The position numbers and the translations under genes were made by a program. DNA of 41,333 nt, taken from the NCBI GenBank assembly GCA_044375965.1, contig JBILLR010000001.1, forward strand, positions 1-41,333. The letters run 5' to 3'. Below the pieces are notes generated by a model. The model made no database searches. It saw only the letters and a list, made by a program, of their open reading frames with translations, and was not told where the DNA came from. This DNA is from Opitutales bacterium. GTDB taxonomy: Bacteria > Verrucomicrobiota > Verrucomicrobiia > Opitutales > UBA953. Shown here one piece after another: positions 1-10,735 of this stretch (its first letter is position 1; each line of letters opens with the position of its first letter).

Positions 1-954
1 CTCTTGGAATCCAGTACGTCGACTTTCTCAGGTGCGGCCCGGGAGGCGGTGCTCTCGCAGCTGACTCGTTACCATATCCTGCTCGGACAGAGCCGCATCG
101 CGCTCGCCGTCAACCAGGAGCGCATCGACCTCGATGAGGCCGCCTTCTTCCCGCAGATCCAGAAACTGCACCTGCTTGACCGGCTCGGCCTCAAGGAAGA
201 CTTCGACAAGCAGCTCAAGCTGATCTTCACCCGCTACGCGGCGAACTCCGCCGCGATGCTCGCGCTCGCCAACTTCGCGGCCGAGAAAGGCTACTCCGAA
301 CTGACCGGCGCGATCGCCATCGCCGCCGACCAGCAAGGCTTCGAACGCGTGACCTTCGCGATCCTCCACCTCGAGGCCTTGGTCAAGGGACCTGAGCCGA
401 CCCAGGCGATCGCGCAGTACCAGCAGATCGTCTCGGCCGACCGCACCTATTTCAAGGCGAAGGAACCACTCGTGCTCGCCTTGCTCGGGATCGCGCACCA
501 CGCCCGGATAAAGGCCGACGCCAAGTCCGCCAAGATCGACCGCGACACCGGCAACCGTTATCTGGAAGAATTCCTCAAGGCGAAGGACCTCGGCCCCGAG
601 GCCTATCGTTCCGTCGGCCGTCACCTGCGCGCGATCCGCGCCGGCGAACCCGCCGTCCGCGTGCTCGAAGCCGGCGCCGCGAAGCATCCGCGCCACTCGC
701 AGCTGCGCGCCGATTACATCTCCGCCCGCATCCTCGCCGGCCAGACCGAAGCCTATGGCTCCCGCCGCTCCGTCGCCGACGAACTCGAGACGCTGCTCAC
801 GCTGCGCCGCCCTTCCCCGCTCGTCTGGCAGGAAGCCGCCTCATGGCTGCGCACCGAATCGAAGCTGCCGCCGGAACGCCTGCGCAAACTGGAGGCCGCC
901 TGCGCCGCCCTCGTGCGCAGCAACCTCGATCCCGAAGCCCTCGCGGGCTTCTGA
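1..954 (+). CDS. hypothetical alpha-helical repeat protein, C-terminal fragment (5' end outside window)
   Basis: Frame is open from nt 1 (no in-frame stop), with TGA at 952-954. The Ala/Leu/Glu/Arg-rich, helix-like sequence has no motif I recognise. Third-position G/C bias matches neighbouring genes. Confidence 0.55.
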   Translation, partial: LLESSTSTFSGAAREAVLSQLTRYHILLGQSRIALAVNQERIDLDEAAFFPQIQKLHLLDRLGLKEDFDKQLKLIFTRYAANSAAMLALANFAAEKGYSELTGAIAIAADQQGFERVTFAILHLEALVKGPEPTQAIAQYQQIVSADRTYFKAKEPLVLALLGIAHHARIKADAKSAKIDRDTGNRYLEEFLKAKDLGPEAYRSVGRHLRAIRAGEPAVRVLEAGAAKHPRHSQLRADYISARILAGQTEAYGSRRSVADELETLLTLRRPSPLVWQEAASWLRTESKLPPERLRKLEAACAALVRSNLDPEALAGF

Positions 955-961
955 TCCGCCG

Positions 962-1378
962 ATGGACCTCGCGCGCCGCCGCTCCGAGCTCATCGCCGAG
1001 CTCGAGCCTTTCTCCGACCACCACGAACGTTTCCAATACGTGATCGACCGGGCGAAGTCCGCGCCGGCGCTCCCGGCCGACCTTAAGCTCGAAGCTTTCC
1101 TCATCGAGGGCTGCACGTCCAATCTCTGGCTGGTCCCTTCGCTCGAAGACGGCGTCTGCCGTTTCCGCTGCGATGCCGACTCGCTCATCACCAAAGGCGT
1201 AGCGAGCCTGGTCTGCGAATTCTACGACGGCGCCGCGCCGGCGGAGGTCGCGGCGACCGACGCCGACTTCCTCTCGGCCGTGGGCATCACCCAGCACCTG
1301 TCCCCGAACCGCCGCAACGGCCTGACGAACCTGGTCGGCAAGATCCGCGCCTTCGGCCGGCTCGCGGCCGGTTCCTGA
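962..1378 (+). CDS. sufE: SufE-family cysteine desulfuration (sulfur acceptor) protein
   Basis: ATG at 962 lies inside the 755..1378 ORF. The upstream part of that ORF is Arg/Pro-rich and overlaps the previous CDS. The product 'MDLARRRSELIAELEPFSDHHERFQYVIDRAK...FLIEGCTSNLWLV...ITKGVASLV...HLSPNRRNGL' matches SufE/CsdE hallmarks, including the acceptor Cys in the 'EGCxSxxWL' context. Confidence 0.85.
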   Translation: MDLARRRSELIAELEPFSDHHERFQYVIDRAKSAPALPADLKLEAFLIEGCTSNLWLVPSLEDGVCRFRCDADSLITKGVASLVCEFYDGAAPAEVAATDADFLSAVGITQHLSPNRRNGLTNLVGKIRAFGRLAAGS

Positions 1379-1460
1379 TGAGCCCCATCGCCGGGGCTTA
1401 AGAGAGGGGATATGCGTGCTTGGGATTTGCGCCGTACGTGTTGTCCCTTGAGATGAAAGC

Positions 1461-2402
1461 ATGAGCCAGCCGGAATCCGCCGCGCCCGACCGACGTCTGT
1501 TCGGACTTTGCCTGGTCACGCTCGCATGGTCGGTGCTCGTGCTCCAGGCGGGCGGCTTCACGACCAGCATCCAGGCAGGGATGGCCTTCCTGGACTGGCC
1601 GCTCTCCAACGGCTCCGTCAACCCGCCGGGCTGGCTGACCGAGATCGACAAGTTCGCCGAGCATTCCCACCGCCTCGCGGCCACGGGCCTCGGCCTGCTC
1701 TGCGTGATCATCGCCGTCGCGCACCGCCTGCGCGAGACGCGGACGGTCGTCCGCCGCGCGGCCTACGCGCTCGTGGGCCTCGTGGTGCTCCAAGGTCTGC
1801 TCGGCGGCCTGCGCGTGCTCCTCGACCAGCTCAACATCGGCGGCGACGGCAACTTCAAGGCCGCGGCCTTCGCCGTCGGCCACGCGGTCAACGCCCAGCT
1901 CACGCTCGCGCTCCTCGCCTTCGTCGCCCTCGCGCACAGCGCCGCCTGGCATCGCGCCGGGCAAGGCGAAGATCCTGCGCCCTTCCGCGCCGGCCGCTGG
2001 GCCGGGGGCCTGACGCTCGCGGTCATCGTCGGCGGCGCCGTCATGCGCCAAGGGCGCTTCACCGCCTGGGTGACGTCGCCCGACCAAGGCCTGTTCATTC
2101 CCTCGGTCGGCGAAGGCGTCGTCTGGTGGATCAACCTCGCGCACCGCGGCGGCGCCGTGCTGGCGGCTTCCGCCGTGCTGTTCTTCGCCTACCGGCTCGC
2201 CCGCCATGGCTATCCGCTCCTCCGCTGGGGCACCCTCGTCGCCTTGGTCGGAGTCCAGGTCCTCCTCGGCGTCCTCAGCCTCCGCCTCTACGACAACCCG
2301 CATGTCCGCACGGTCCACCTGGTCGTGGGCGCCGCTTTGTTCTCGTCGCTCTGCGCCGCGGTCGCCCTCGCGCATCGCCGCGCACGGACCGACGCCGCCT
2401 GA
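1461..2402 (+). CDS. ctaA: heme A synthase (COX15/CtaA family)
   Basis: 313-aa polytopic membrane protein with conserved His-containing segments ('FAEHSHRLAA', 'NLAHRGGAV', 'TVHLVVGA'). It lies immediately upstream of ctaB. Confidence 0.8.
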   Translation: MSQPESAAPDRRLFGLCLVTLAWSVLVLQAGGFTTSIQAGMAFLDWPLSNGSVNPPGWLTEIDKFAEHSHRLAATGLGLLCVIIAVAHRLRETRTVVRRAAYALVGLVVLQGLLGGLRVLLDQLNIGGDGNFKAAAFAVGHAVNAQLTLALLAFVALAHSAAWHRAGQGEDPAPFRAGRWAGGLTLAVIVGGAVMRQGRFTAWVTSPDQGLFIPSVGEGVVWWINLAHRGGAVLAASAVLFFAYRLARHGYPLLRWGTLVALVGVQVLLGVLSLRLYDNPHVRTVHLVVGAALFSSLCAAVALAHRRARTDAA

Positions 2403-2458
2403 GCCGCCGCGACGGATTTGCCTTTAACCCTTCGCGTAAACCCGCCACGACAAGACCG

Positions 2459-3367
2459 ATGAGCGAACGCGCCGGATCCGTGCCTGCCGCCTACTGGGAG
2501 CTGACCAAGCCCCGGCTGTCGTTCCTCTCCGTCCTCACGTCCCTCGCCGGCTATTTCTGCAGCGGCCCCGCGCAGCCGACCGACGCCAAGGTGCTCGTCT
2601 CGCTCGCCCTCGGCACGGCCCTCGCCGCGGGCGGTTGCGGCGCCGTCAACATGTGGTGGGAAAGCGAGGCCGACGCGAAGATGGAGCGCACGCGCAACCG
2701 CCCGATCCCCGCGGGCCTCCTCCGCCCCGGCGCCGCGCTGCTCTTCGGGATGCTCCTGCTCGGTCTCGGCGTCACGCTCGTCTGGGTCGGCGCCAATCCG
2801 CTGGCCGGCGCGCTCACCGCCGCCACGGCCTTCTCCTATCTGTTTCTCTACACGCCGCTCAAGACGCACACTTCATGGTGCACGCTCGTCGGCTCGCTGC
2901 CCGGCGCGATTCCCCCGATCATCGGCACGGCCGCCAAGCTCGGCCACGTCGACCGCATGGGCTGGCTGCTCTTCGCGCTCCTGTTCTTCTGGCAGGTGCC
3001 CCACTTCATGGCCCTCGCGGTGATGTGTCGCGAAGACTACGCCCGCGGCGGCTTCAAGGTCGCCACGGTCGACGATCCTTCCGGCCGCTCCGCCGCGATC
3101 TGGGCGATGGCCTTCATCCTGCCGATGCTCTTCGCCGCGGGAATGATCAACCAGACTTTCTTCGATCCCGCCTGCACATCCTCCCTGCGCGGCTGGGCCA
3201 GCCCCTACCTGTGGATCTCCGGCCTGGCCGGCGTCTGGTTCTTCAAGCTCACGCTCGAATTCGCCCTGCCGAACCGACGCGCCGACGTCGCCAAGCCGCT
3301 CTTCCTCGCTTCGATCCTCTACCTGCCGCTCGTCCTGTTGACTCTGACGCTGAGCCGGGTTTTCTGA
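2459..3367 (+). CDS. ctaB: protoheme IX farnesyltransferase (heme O synthase)
   Basis: ATG at 2459 lies within the long 1508..3367 ORF. 'YWELTKPRLSFLSVLTSLAGY' and 'NMWWESEADAKMERTRNRPIPAG' are typical UbiA-superfamily CyoE/CtaB motifs. The protein is multi-TM. Confidence 0.9.
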   Translation: MSERAGSVPAAYWELTKPRLSFLSVLTSLAGYFCSGPAQPTDAKVLVSLALGTALAAGGCGAVNMWWESEADAKMERTRNRPIPAGLLRPGAALLFGMLLLGLGVTLVWVGANPLAGALTAATAFSYLFLYTPLKTHTSWCTLVGSLPGAIPPIIGTAAKLGHVDRMGWLLFALLFFWQVPHFMALAVMCREDYARGGFKVATVDDPSGRSAAIWAMAFILPMLFAAGMINQTFFDPACTSSLRGWASPYLWISGLAGVWFFKLTLEFALPNRRADVAKPLFLASILYLPLVLLTLTLSRVF

Positions 3368-3371
3368 ACGC

Positions 3372-3953
3372 ATGGACACCCGCGCCGCCAAGGAGACATT
3401 GCGCGCGGAATTCAAAGCCCGCCGGACCGCGCTCACGCCCCGCGAACTGCAGGTCGCCGGCGACGCCGCCGCCCGCCTGATCACGCAGCTTCCGGAATGG
3501 AAGCAGGCGCAGACGGTCTGCCTTTATGCGTCCTTCGGCGGCGAACTGCCGACCGACGCGCTCCTCGCCCTCGCCCTGCTCGAAGGCAAGCGTCTGCTGC
3601 TGCCGCGCGTGACGAACAAGACCACGCTCACGCTCCACGAAGTCACGGACCTCGGCGCGCTCCAGCCGTCGCGGCTCGGCATCCGCGAACCCAAGCCTTC
3701 CGCGCCGGTCGCCGCGCTGGCCGACGCCGGCCTGATCCTCGTCCCGGGACTGGGCTTCGACGGCGCCGGCCGGCGCCTCGGCTTCGGCGGCGGCTTCTAC
3801 GACCGGCTCCTGGCCAAGCCGCCCCGCAAGACGTTCCTCCTCGGCCACGCCCACGCCTTCCAGGTCGTCCCGCGCCTGCCGGACGAGCCGCATGATATCA
3901 AAGTCAAGGCGGTGGCCACCCCGCAGGGCGTGATTCGCTGCCGAGTGCGCTAG
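3372..3953 (+). CDS. 5-formyltetrahydrofolate cyclo-ligase
   Basis: 193 aa. Family-typical elements are the N-terminal 'KETLRAEFKARR', 'LYASFGGELPT' and the C-terminal 'LVPGLGFDGAGRRLGFGGGFYDRLL'. It starts 4 nt after the ctaB stop. Confidence 0.85.
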   Translation: MDTRAAKETLRAEFKARRTALTPRELQVAGDAAARLITQLPEWKQAQTVCLYASFGGELPTDALLALALLEGKRLLLPRVTNKTTLTLHEVTDLGALQPSRLGIREPKPSAPVAALADAGLILVPGLGFDGAGRRLGFGGGFYDRLLAKPPRKTFLLGHAHAFQVVPRLPDEPHDIKVKAVATPQGVIRCRVR

Positions 3954-3984
3954 CGGGTTTGCCAAGCGGGGCGATTCGTGTCCG

Positions 3985-6900
3985 ATGGAGGGTCCGATGT
4001 CCGCCCCCCGACCAGACGCGATCCGCCTCCGCGGCGTCCGCCAGAACAACCTGAAGGGCTTCGACGTCGACATCCCCGTCGGCAAGCTGGTCGTGGTCAC
4101 GGGCCTCAGCGGCGCCGGCAAGTCCTCGCTGGTCTTCGACACGCTGCACGCCGAGGGGCAGCGCCGCTACGTCGAGACGTTCAGCCCTTACGTCCGCCAA
4201 TTCCTGGAGCTGCTGCCCTCGCCGGCCCTCGACTCCGCGGAGAACGTGCGTCCGTCCGTCGCGATCAAGCAAGGCAACGCGGTCCGTACGTCGCGGTCGA
4301 CGGTCGGCACGATGACCGAGCTCTGCGACTGGTTCAAAGTGTGGTTCGCCCATCGCGCCGAACTCGTCGATCCGGCCAGCGGACAGGTGATCGTCCCGCG
4401 CGGGCCCGACGCCGCCTGGCAGGATTCGCTCGCCCGCTTCCCGGACCGTTCGCTCTCCCTCGCTTTCGCGGTCGCCAAGCCGGAGTCGCTGGGCTGGCCC
4501 ACCATCGCGGACGAATTCGCCAAAGCGGGCTTCAGCCGCGCCTTCGCCGCCGGGCGCCGCATCCGCCTCACCGAGGACGAGATCCCCGCCGACGCGACGG
4601 AACTGCTCGTCATCCAAGACCGCGTGACGGTCTCCCCCGACCAGGCTTCGCGCTTCCATGAGGCGGCCCTCGCGGCCTTCCGCCTCGGCGGCGCCCGTCT
4701 CCGCCTGCTCGACGACCAAGGCAACGAGCTGTCCCGCTACAGCGAGGCGCTCGAGTCGCCCGTCGACGGGCGGAAATTCCGCCCGGCCTCGCCCGCGCTC
4801 TTCTCCTTCAACTCGCCGGTCGGCGCCTGCCCGGAATGCCGCGGCTTCGGCCGCGTCATCGGACTGGACTGGAATAAGATCATCCCGAATCCCGCGTTGA
4901 CGCTCGCGGAAGGCGCCATCGCGCCGTTCCAAGGGACGGTCTACGGCGAGTCGCAGAAAGACCTCGCGCGGGCCTGCCGCAAGGCGGGCATCCCGCTGGA
5001 CGTGCCCTGGAAGAAGCTCTCGGCGGCCCATCGTAAGTTCATCGAACATGGCGAGCCGGGCTACGTACCGGGCGAATACGATTCGATGTGGTATGGCGTC
5101 CGCGGTTTCTTCCGCTGGCTCGAAGGCACGACCTATAAGATGCACGTGCGCGTGTTCCTCTCGCGCTGGCGGGCCTACGAGTCCTGCCCGCAGTGCCACG
5201 GCCGTCGCTTCCGCGAAGAATCCCTTTTGTGGCGCTGGCAGGGCAAGTCGCTGCCCGAACTCTATTCACTCCCGGTCTCCGACCTGCGCGCGATGCTCGC
5301 GCCGCTGGCACCCAAGGATTCGCGCCATCCCGCCGACCACGCCCTCGAGGCCATCCTCGCGCGCCTCGGCTACCTCGAAGCCGTCGGCCTAGGTTACCTC
5401 GCCCTCGACCGTCTCTCCCGCACGCTCTCCGGCGGCGAAGTGCAACGCGTCAATCTCACGTCGTGCCTGGGCGCCTGCCTCGCCGACACGGTCTTCGTCC
5501 TCGATGAGCCGAGCGTGGGCATGCACGCCCGCGACCTGGCCCGCATGGTCGGCATCCTCCGCAGCCTCGTCGACCAAGGCAACACGGTGGTGGTCGTCGA
5601 ACACGACGAGTCGGTGATGCGCGCCGCGGACTGGCTCATCGAGATCGGACCGCGCCCCGGCGCCGAAGGCGGACATCTGCTCTACCAAGGCGAGCCGAAG
5701 GGCATCCTCAAGGTGAAGGAGTCCGCGACGGGCAACTGGCTCTCCGGCCGCCGCACGCCCGAGACCCGCACCCCGCGCCCGGTCGGTGACACGACGCCGC
5801 GCCTCCGCGTGGCCGGCGCGACGGTCAACAATCTCCGCGACTTCGCCTGCTCGCTGCCGCTCGGACGCCTCGTCGGCCTCTGCGGCGTCTCCGGCTCCGG
5901 CAAGTCGACGCTCCTCCACCAGGTCATCGGCCGGCGCGACCCGGAATCCGGCGACGAGGCGACGGAACTGAAATGGGTCAAGTTCGACCGCGAGCCGGCC
6001 GAAATCGCCCTCGTTGACCAGTCCCCCGCGACGCGCACGCCGCGTTCCAATCCCGCGCTCTACGTGGGCGCCTGGGACGCGATCCGCACCTTGCTCGGCA
6101 ACTCGCCCGAGGCCAAGGCCGCCGGGCTCTCGCCGTCGCACTTCTCCTTCAACGCCGGCGAGGGCCGCTGCGAACGCTGCGGCGGCGCGGGCTGGGAGAC
6201 CGTCGAGATGCAGTTCGTGTCCGACGTCGCCCTGCCCTGCCCCTCCTGCAACGGCAGACGCTTCCGCGACGAGGTGCTGAGCTTCCGATATGACGGAAAG
6301 TCGGTCGGCGACCTGCTCGCGATGTCGGTCACCGAGGCGCGCAAGTTCCTCGGCGAACGCACGCCGGCCTCCGCCCAGCTCGCCTGCCTCGAAGAAGTCG
6401 GCCTCGGCTACCTGTCGATGGGCCAGCCGCTCACGACGCTCTCCGGCGGCGAAGCCCAGCGCCTCAAGCTGGTCCGCTACCTTTCCAGGATCGATGCGCG
6501 CAAGAGCGGCGCGCTCCTGCTCCTCGACGAGCCGACGACCGGACTGCACCGCGAGGACGTGGCTCGCCTGATCGGCCTGCTGCACCGCCTGACCGAGGCC
6601 GGTCACTCGCTCATCGTGGTCGAACATCACCTCGACGTGCTGCAGTCCTGCGACTGGCTCCTCGAGATGGGCCCGGAAGCCGGCCCTGCCGGCGGCCGCC
6701 TCGTCGCCGAAGGCACGCCCGCCGACGTCGCCCGCGCCGGCTCGGTGACGGGACGCTTCCTCGCCCGCGGCGACGACGCCTTCGCCCAGGCCTCGCCCGC
6801 CGCCGGCAGGCCGCGCCCGACCTCGATCTCCCTGCGCGGCGCGCGCGAACACAACCTCAAGGACGTCTCGCTCGAGATCCCGCACGGCTCGCTGACGGTG

Positions 6901-9510
6901 ATGACCGGCGTCTCCGGCTCCGGCAAATCCTCCCTGGCCTTCGACATCCTCTTCGCCGAAGGACAGCGCCGCTTCCTCGAATGCGTCTCGGCCTACGCCC
7001 GCCAGTTCGTCGAACAGCTCCCGAAGCCCGACATCGATTCGCTCACCGGGCTGCCACCCACGGTCGCCATCGAACAGCGCGTGACGCGCGGCTCCGCGAA
7101 ATCGACGGTGGCCACGGTCACCGAGGTCGCCCAATACCTGCGCGTGCTCTTCGCCCGTGCCGGCGTGCTGCATAGCCCGACGACGGGCGAGCCGCTCGAG
7201 GAGATGACGGAAGACGCGGTCGTCCGCCTGGTCGCCAAGCAGGCGAAGGCCTTGAAGAAGGGCTCGCTGCTCGTCGCCGCCCCTCTCGTCCGCGCCCGCA
7301 AGGGCCACCACCGACCGCTCGCCGAATGGGCTGAGTCAAAGGGCCTGCGCCTCCTGCGTTGCGACGGCCGGATGCTCAAGGTCGAAGGCTTCGAAGGGCT
7401 CGACCGTTACTCCGAACACGACGTCGACGCGGTCTTCGGCGAACTCCGCGCCGACGGCCTGATCCGTCTGCCCGACGAGACCGAGGAATCCGGCGAGAAG
7501 GCCCTCCGCACCCTCGTCCGCCAAGCGCTTGCGGCCGGTAAGGACGCCTGCGTGCTTCTCGCCGCCGACGGACGCCAGGTCGCCTACCTTTCGACGTCGC
7601 GCAGCGACCCCGCCACGGGTGAGTCTTTCCCCGAGGTCGACCCGAAGCACCTCTCCTGGAACTCGCCTCGCGGCTGGTGTCCGGACTGCCGCGGCCACGG
7701 CCTCGAAGTCTCGACCTTCTCCTCCGACGAGGAGGAATCCATCAACGAGAACGCCATCGCCGACCGCGTCGGCGACACCGTCTGCCCGACCTGCCACGGC
7801 GAACGCCTGGGTCCGATCGGACGCTCGGTGAGGCTCCTCGGACCGAAGGGCCGCTCGCTCTCCCTGCCCGGACTGCTCCGGCTGCAGCCGGACGAATCCC
7901 TCGCCTTCCTCTCCGGCCTCAAGCTGGAGGCCCGCGAGAAGGCCATCGTCGGCGCGCTGCTCCCCGAGATCGGCGCCCGCCTCCGCTTCCTCGACTCGGT
8001 CGGTCTGGGCTACCTCGCCCTCGACCGCGGAGCCGACACTCTCTCCGGCGGGGAAGCCCAGCGCATCCGCCTCGCGGCGCAGCTCGGCTCGACGCTGTCC
8101 GGCGCGCTCTACGTGCTCGACGAACCGAGCATCGGCCTGCATCCGCGCGACAACGACCGCCTGATCGGTTCGCTCAAAGGCCTGCGCGACCGTGGTAACA
8201 CGGTCCTGGTCGTCGAACACGACGAAGACACCATGCGCGCGGCCGACCTGGTCGTGGACATGGGCCCGGGCGCCGGCGTCCACGGCGGCACGATCGTCGC
8301 GCAAGGCACCGCCGCCGCGCTCGAGAAGCGCGCCGACTCCGTGACGGGACGTTTCCTCAAGGAAGCGATTCCGCATCCGCTCCGCGGTGCGCGCCGCCCC
8401 GTCGCCGGCAAAGGCGCGCCCGCCGCATGGGTCAGCCTCAAGGACGCTTCGCTCCGCAACCTCAAGGGCTTCGACGTCCGGATTCCCGTCGGCCGCCTGA
8501 CCGTCGTCTGCGGCGTCTCCGGCGCCGGCAAGTCCACCCTCGTCACCGACCTGCTCGCACCGGCGATCCGCGCGGCCATCGCGAAGAAGAAGGACGGACT
8601 CACGGGCAAGGAGGCGCTGAGCGCGGTCTCCCATGAAGGGAAGCCGGCCTTCGCCGCGCTCTCCGGACTCAAAGGTTTCCGCCAGCTGGTCGTCGTCGAC
8701 CAGGAACCGATCGGCAAGACGCCGCGTTCGACGCCCGCGACCTACGTCGGCGCCTGGGATCTCATCCGCGAGCGCCTCGCCTCGCTGCCCGAAGCGGCGA
8801 TCCGCGGACACGGGGCGGGCTTCTTCTCCTTCAATACTTCCGGCGGACGCTGCGAAGCCTGCTCCGGCGCGGGCCGCATCAAGCTCGAGATGAGCTTCCT
8901 CCCCGACACCTACGTGCCTTGCGAGGAATGCGCCGGCACCCGCTATGGTTCCGCCGCCAAGGCGATCCGCTGGAACGGGAAGTCCGCCGCCGAACTGCTG
9001 GCGATGACGTTCGAGGAAGCCGCCGCGTTCCTGTCGTTCGACGCGAAGCTGGGCGACCTCTGCGGACTCATGGTGAAGACCGGCCTGGGTTACCTGACGC
9101 TCGGCCAGAGCAGCCCGACGCTCTCGGGCGGCGAAGCCCAGCGCCTCAAGCTCGTCAGCGAACTCGCCCAAGGCCTGCCGACCTTCCGCGAACGCTCGCG
9201 CGGCGAGATCCGGCCCAACCTCTACATCCTCGAGGAACCGACCATCGGGCTGCATCAATCCGACTGCCGCCGTCTCATCGAACTCCTGCACGCGCTCGTC
9301 GACCAAGGCCACACGGTCGTGGTCATCGAGCATCACCCCGACGTGATCGCCGAAGCCGACTGGGTCCTGGAGATCGGGCCCGAAGGCGGTAACGCCGGCG
9401 GCCAGCTCGTCCACGCCGGCGACCCGGAGTCCCTCGCGAAGCTCAAGAAGTCGCCGACCGCCCCCTCGCTGCGCCAGACGCTGGAACGGGGTCGCCTGGC
9501 GAAGGCCTAG
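3985..9510 (+). CDS. uvrA: tandem-duplicated UvrA-like excinuclease ATPase (two complete UvrA units, four ABC modules, 1841 aa)
   Basis: Four Walker A motifs ([36 protein letters not shown]), four LSGGE signatures and four Walker B/H-loop segments. There are paired CxxC zinc modules, and UvrA-specific strings ('AEGQRRY/F', 'VAIEQ', 'RTPRSNPA'). The second unit begins near nt 6820 ('[13 protein letters not shown]'). An alternative start ATG at 3997 is possible. Confidence 0.85.
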   Translation: MEGPMSAPRPDAIRLRGVRQNNLKGFDVDIPVGKLVVVTGLSGAGKSSLVFDTLHAEGQRRYVETFSPYVRQFLELLPSPALDSAENVRPSVAIKQGNAVRTSRSTVGTMTELCDWFKVWFAHRAELVDPASGQVIVPRGPDAAWQDSLARFPDRSLSLAFAVAKPESLGWPTIADEFAKAGFSRAFAAGRRIRLTEDEIPADATELLVIQDRVTVSPDQASRFHEAALAAFRLGGARLRLLDDQGNELSRYSEALESPVDGRKFRPASPALFSFNSPVGACPECRGFGRVIGLDWNKIIPNPALTLAEGAIAPFQGTVYGESQKDLARACRKAGIPLDVPWKKLSAAHRKFIEHGEPGYVPGEYDSMWYGVRGFFRWLEGTTYKMHVRVFLSRWRAYESCPQCHGRRFREESLLWRWQGKSLPELYSLPVSDLRAMLAPLAPKDSRHPADHALEAILARLGYLEAVGLGYLALDRLSRTLSGGEVQRVNLTSCLGACLADTVFVLDEPSVGMHARDLARMVGILRSLVDQGNTVVVVEHDESVMRAADWLIEIGPRPGAEGGHLLYQGEPKGILKVKESATGNWLSGRRTPETRTPRPVGDTTPRLRVAGATVNNLRDFACSLPLGRLVGLCGVSGSGKSTLLHQVIGRRDPESGDEATELKWVKFDREPAEIALVDQSPATRTPRSNPALYVGAWDAIRTLLGNSPEAKAAGLSPSHFSFNAGEGRCERCGGAGWETVEMQFVSDVALPCPSCNGRRFRDEVLSFRYDGKSVGDLLAMSVTEARKFLGERTPASAQLACLEEVGLGYLSMGQPLTTLSGGEAQRLKLVRYLSRIDARKSGALLLLDEPTTGLHREDVARLIGLLHRLTEAGHSLIVVEHHLDVLQSCDWLLEMGPEAGPAGGRLVAEGTPADVARAGSVTGRFLARGDDAFAQASPAAGRPRPTSISLRGAREHNLKDVSLEIPHGSLTVMTGVSGSGKSSLAFDILFAEGQRRFLECVSAYARQFVEQLPKPDIDSLTGLPPTVAIEQRVTRGSAKSTVATVTEVAQYLRVLFARAGVLHSPTTGEPLEEMTEDAVVRLVAKQAKALKKGSLLVAAPLVRARKGHHRPLAEWAESKGLRLLRCDGRMLKVEGFEGLDRYSEHDVDAVFGELRADGLIRLPDETEESGEKALRTLVRQALAAGKDACVLLAADGRQVAYLSTSRSDPATGESFPEVDPKHLSWNSPRGWCPDCRGHGLEVSTFSSDEEESINENAIADRVGDTVCPTCHGERLGPIGRSVRLLGPKGRSLSLPGLLRLQPDESLAFLSGLKLEAREKAIVGALLPEIGARLRFLDSVGLGYLALDRGADTLSGGEAQRIRLAAQLGSTLSGALYVLDEPSIGLHPRDNDRLIGSLKGLRDRGNTVLVVEHDEDTMRAADLVVDMGPGAGVHGGTIVAQGTAAALEKRADSVTGRFLKEAIPHPLRGARRPVAGKGAPAAWVSLKDASLRNLKGFDVRIPVGRLTVVCGVSGAGKSTLVTDLLAPAIRAAIAKKKDGLTGKEALSAVSHEGKPAFAALSGLKGFRQLVVVDQEPIGKTPRSTPATYVGAWDLIRERLASLPEAAIRGHGAGFFSFNTSGGRCEACSGAGRIKLEMSFLPDTYVPCEECAGTRYGSAAKAIRWNGKSAAELLAMTFEEAAAFLSFDAKLGDLCGLMVKTGLGYLTLGQSSPTLSGGEAQRLKLVSELAQGLPTFRERSRGEIRPNLYILEEPTIGLHQSDCRRLIELLHALVDQGHTVVVIEHHPDVIAEADWVLEIGPEGGNAGGQLVHAGDPESLAKLKKSPTAPSLRQTLERGRLAKA

Positions 9511-9583
9511 GATTTTGCCGCCGAAGCCCTGCGGTTCCCTTTGACCCCGGCCTGACGATGCTTATCTCCTAGGCTTCCGCCTG

Positions 9584-10339
9584 ATGTCCTCCCGCTCCCT
9601 CCTCCTCGGCGTCAACATCGACCACGCCGCGACGCTCCGCCAGGCGCGCTATCGCGGCGCGCACCAGTCGCCGCATGCCGAGCCCGACGTGGTCGCCTTC
9701 ACGCGCGAGGCCCTCGCGGGCGGCGCGGACGGCATCACGCTGCACCTGCGCGAGGACCGCCGTCACATCCAGGACGCCGACGTCCACGCGATCGCCGCCA
9801 TCCCCGGCGTCCGCCTCAATCTTGAGATGGCCTGCACGCCCGCGATGACCGCCTTCGCGCTGAAGCTACGACCCGCCGCGGTCTGCCTCGTCCCGGAATC
9901 CCGCGAAGAGGTGACGACCGAGGGCGGACTCGACGTGGCCGGCCAGCTCGCGCGCGTCAAGGAGACGACCCGCGCGCTCAAAGCCGCCGGCATCGAGGTC
10001 TCGCTGTTCATCGGACCCGACGTCCCGCAGGTCGAAGCCGCGGTCGCCGTCGGCGCCCCGGTCATCGAACTCCATACGGGCGCGTTCGCCAACGCCTGGA
10101 AATCGCCGGCCGCCGCCCCCGAACTCGAACGCCTCCGCGCGGGCTGCGAACTCGCCCATCGCCTCGGGTTGATCGTCAACGCCGGCCACGGCATCAATTA
10201 CGACAACATCCGCGCGATCCTCACGCTCCCACATCTGCACGAGCTCAACATCGGCCACTCGATCGTCGCCCGCGCCCTGTTCACGGGCATCCGCGGCGCG
10301 GTCTCGGAGATGAAGGGTCACCTCAAGCCGTCGGCATGA
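9584..10339 (+). CDS. pdxJ: pyridoxine 5'-phosphate synthase
   Basis: 'LGVNIDHAATLRQAR', 'ITLHLREDRRHIQDADV', 'ELHTGAFA' and 'VNAGHGINY' are classic PdxJ motifs. Confidence 0.95.
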   Translation: MSSRSLLLGVNIDHAATLRQARYRGAHQSPHAEPDVVAFTREALAGGADGITLHLREDRRHIQDADVHAIAAIPGVRLNLEMACTPAMTAFALKLRPAAVCLVPESREEVTTEGGLDVAGQLARVKETTRALKAAGIEVSLFIGPDVPQVEAAVAVGAPVIELHTGAFANAWKSPAAAPELERLRAGCELAHRLGLIVNAGHGINYDNIRAILTLPHLHELNIGHSIVARALFTGIRGAVSEMKGHLKPSA

Positions 10340-10731
10340 ACCTCGAAGGCGGCAACGTGCTCGGCGTCGGCGTGGACCTCACGGAGGTCGACCGCATCCG
10401 CTCGGCGCACGGGAAGCATGGCACCGCCTTCCTCGACAAGGTCTTCACGTCCGCCGAACAGCAGCTCTGCCTCGCCAAGGCCGACCCTTATCCGTCGCTG
10501 GCCGCCCGCTTCGCCGCCAAGGAGGCCGCGAGCAAGGCCTTCGGCACGGGCCTCGGCGCGGAACTATCGCTGACAAGCGTGAGCGTGCTCAACGGGCCCG
10601 CCGGCGAACCCGTCGTCGTGCTCGACGACAAGGCCCGCGCGCTGCTGGCCGCCAAAGGCGCTTCGCGCCTGCTCATCTCGCTGACGCATACCGACACGCT
10701 GGCGCAGGCCTTCGCGGTGCTGGTCCGCTGA
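10336..10731 (+). CDS. acpS: holo-[acyl-carrier-protein] synthase
   Basis: 131 aa with 'GVGVDLTEVDRI' and 'RFAAKEAASKAFGTG'. Its ATG overlaps the pdxJ stop (ATGA at 10336-10339). Confidence 0.9.
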   Translation: MNLEGGNVLGVGVDLTEVDRIRSAHGKHGTAFLDKVFTSAEQQLCLAKADPYPSLAARFAAKEAASKAFGTGLGAELSLTSVSVLNGPAGEPVVVLDDKARALLAAKGASRLLISLTHTDTLAQAFAVLVR

Positions 10732-10735
10732 CACC

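Noticed and set aside
1508-2458. N-terminal 317 aa of the 619-aa ORF 1508..3367 (would make a CtaA-overlapping fusion with CtaB)
   Set aside because: This part is extremely Arg/Pro-rich and lies in an alternate frame of ctaA. The CtaB homology begins at ATG 2459, after the ctaA stop.
5389-9414. Two very long minus-strand ORFs (5389..7311, 640 aa; 7336..9414, 692 aa) antisense to the UvrA-like gene
   Set aside because: Their products are Arg/Gly/Ala/Asp/Glu-rich low-complexity sequence with no motifs, while the plus-strand frame carries unmistakable UvrA motifs throughout. This is the typical stop-codon-poor antisense frame of GC-rich coding DNA.
9541-9568. Sigma-70-like hexamers TTGACC-N16-TATCTC upstream of pdxJ
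   Set aside because: The -10 element matches only 3 of 6 positions, and promoter consensus for this lineage is unknown to me. The support is too weak to annotate.
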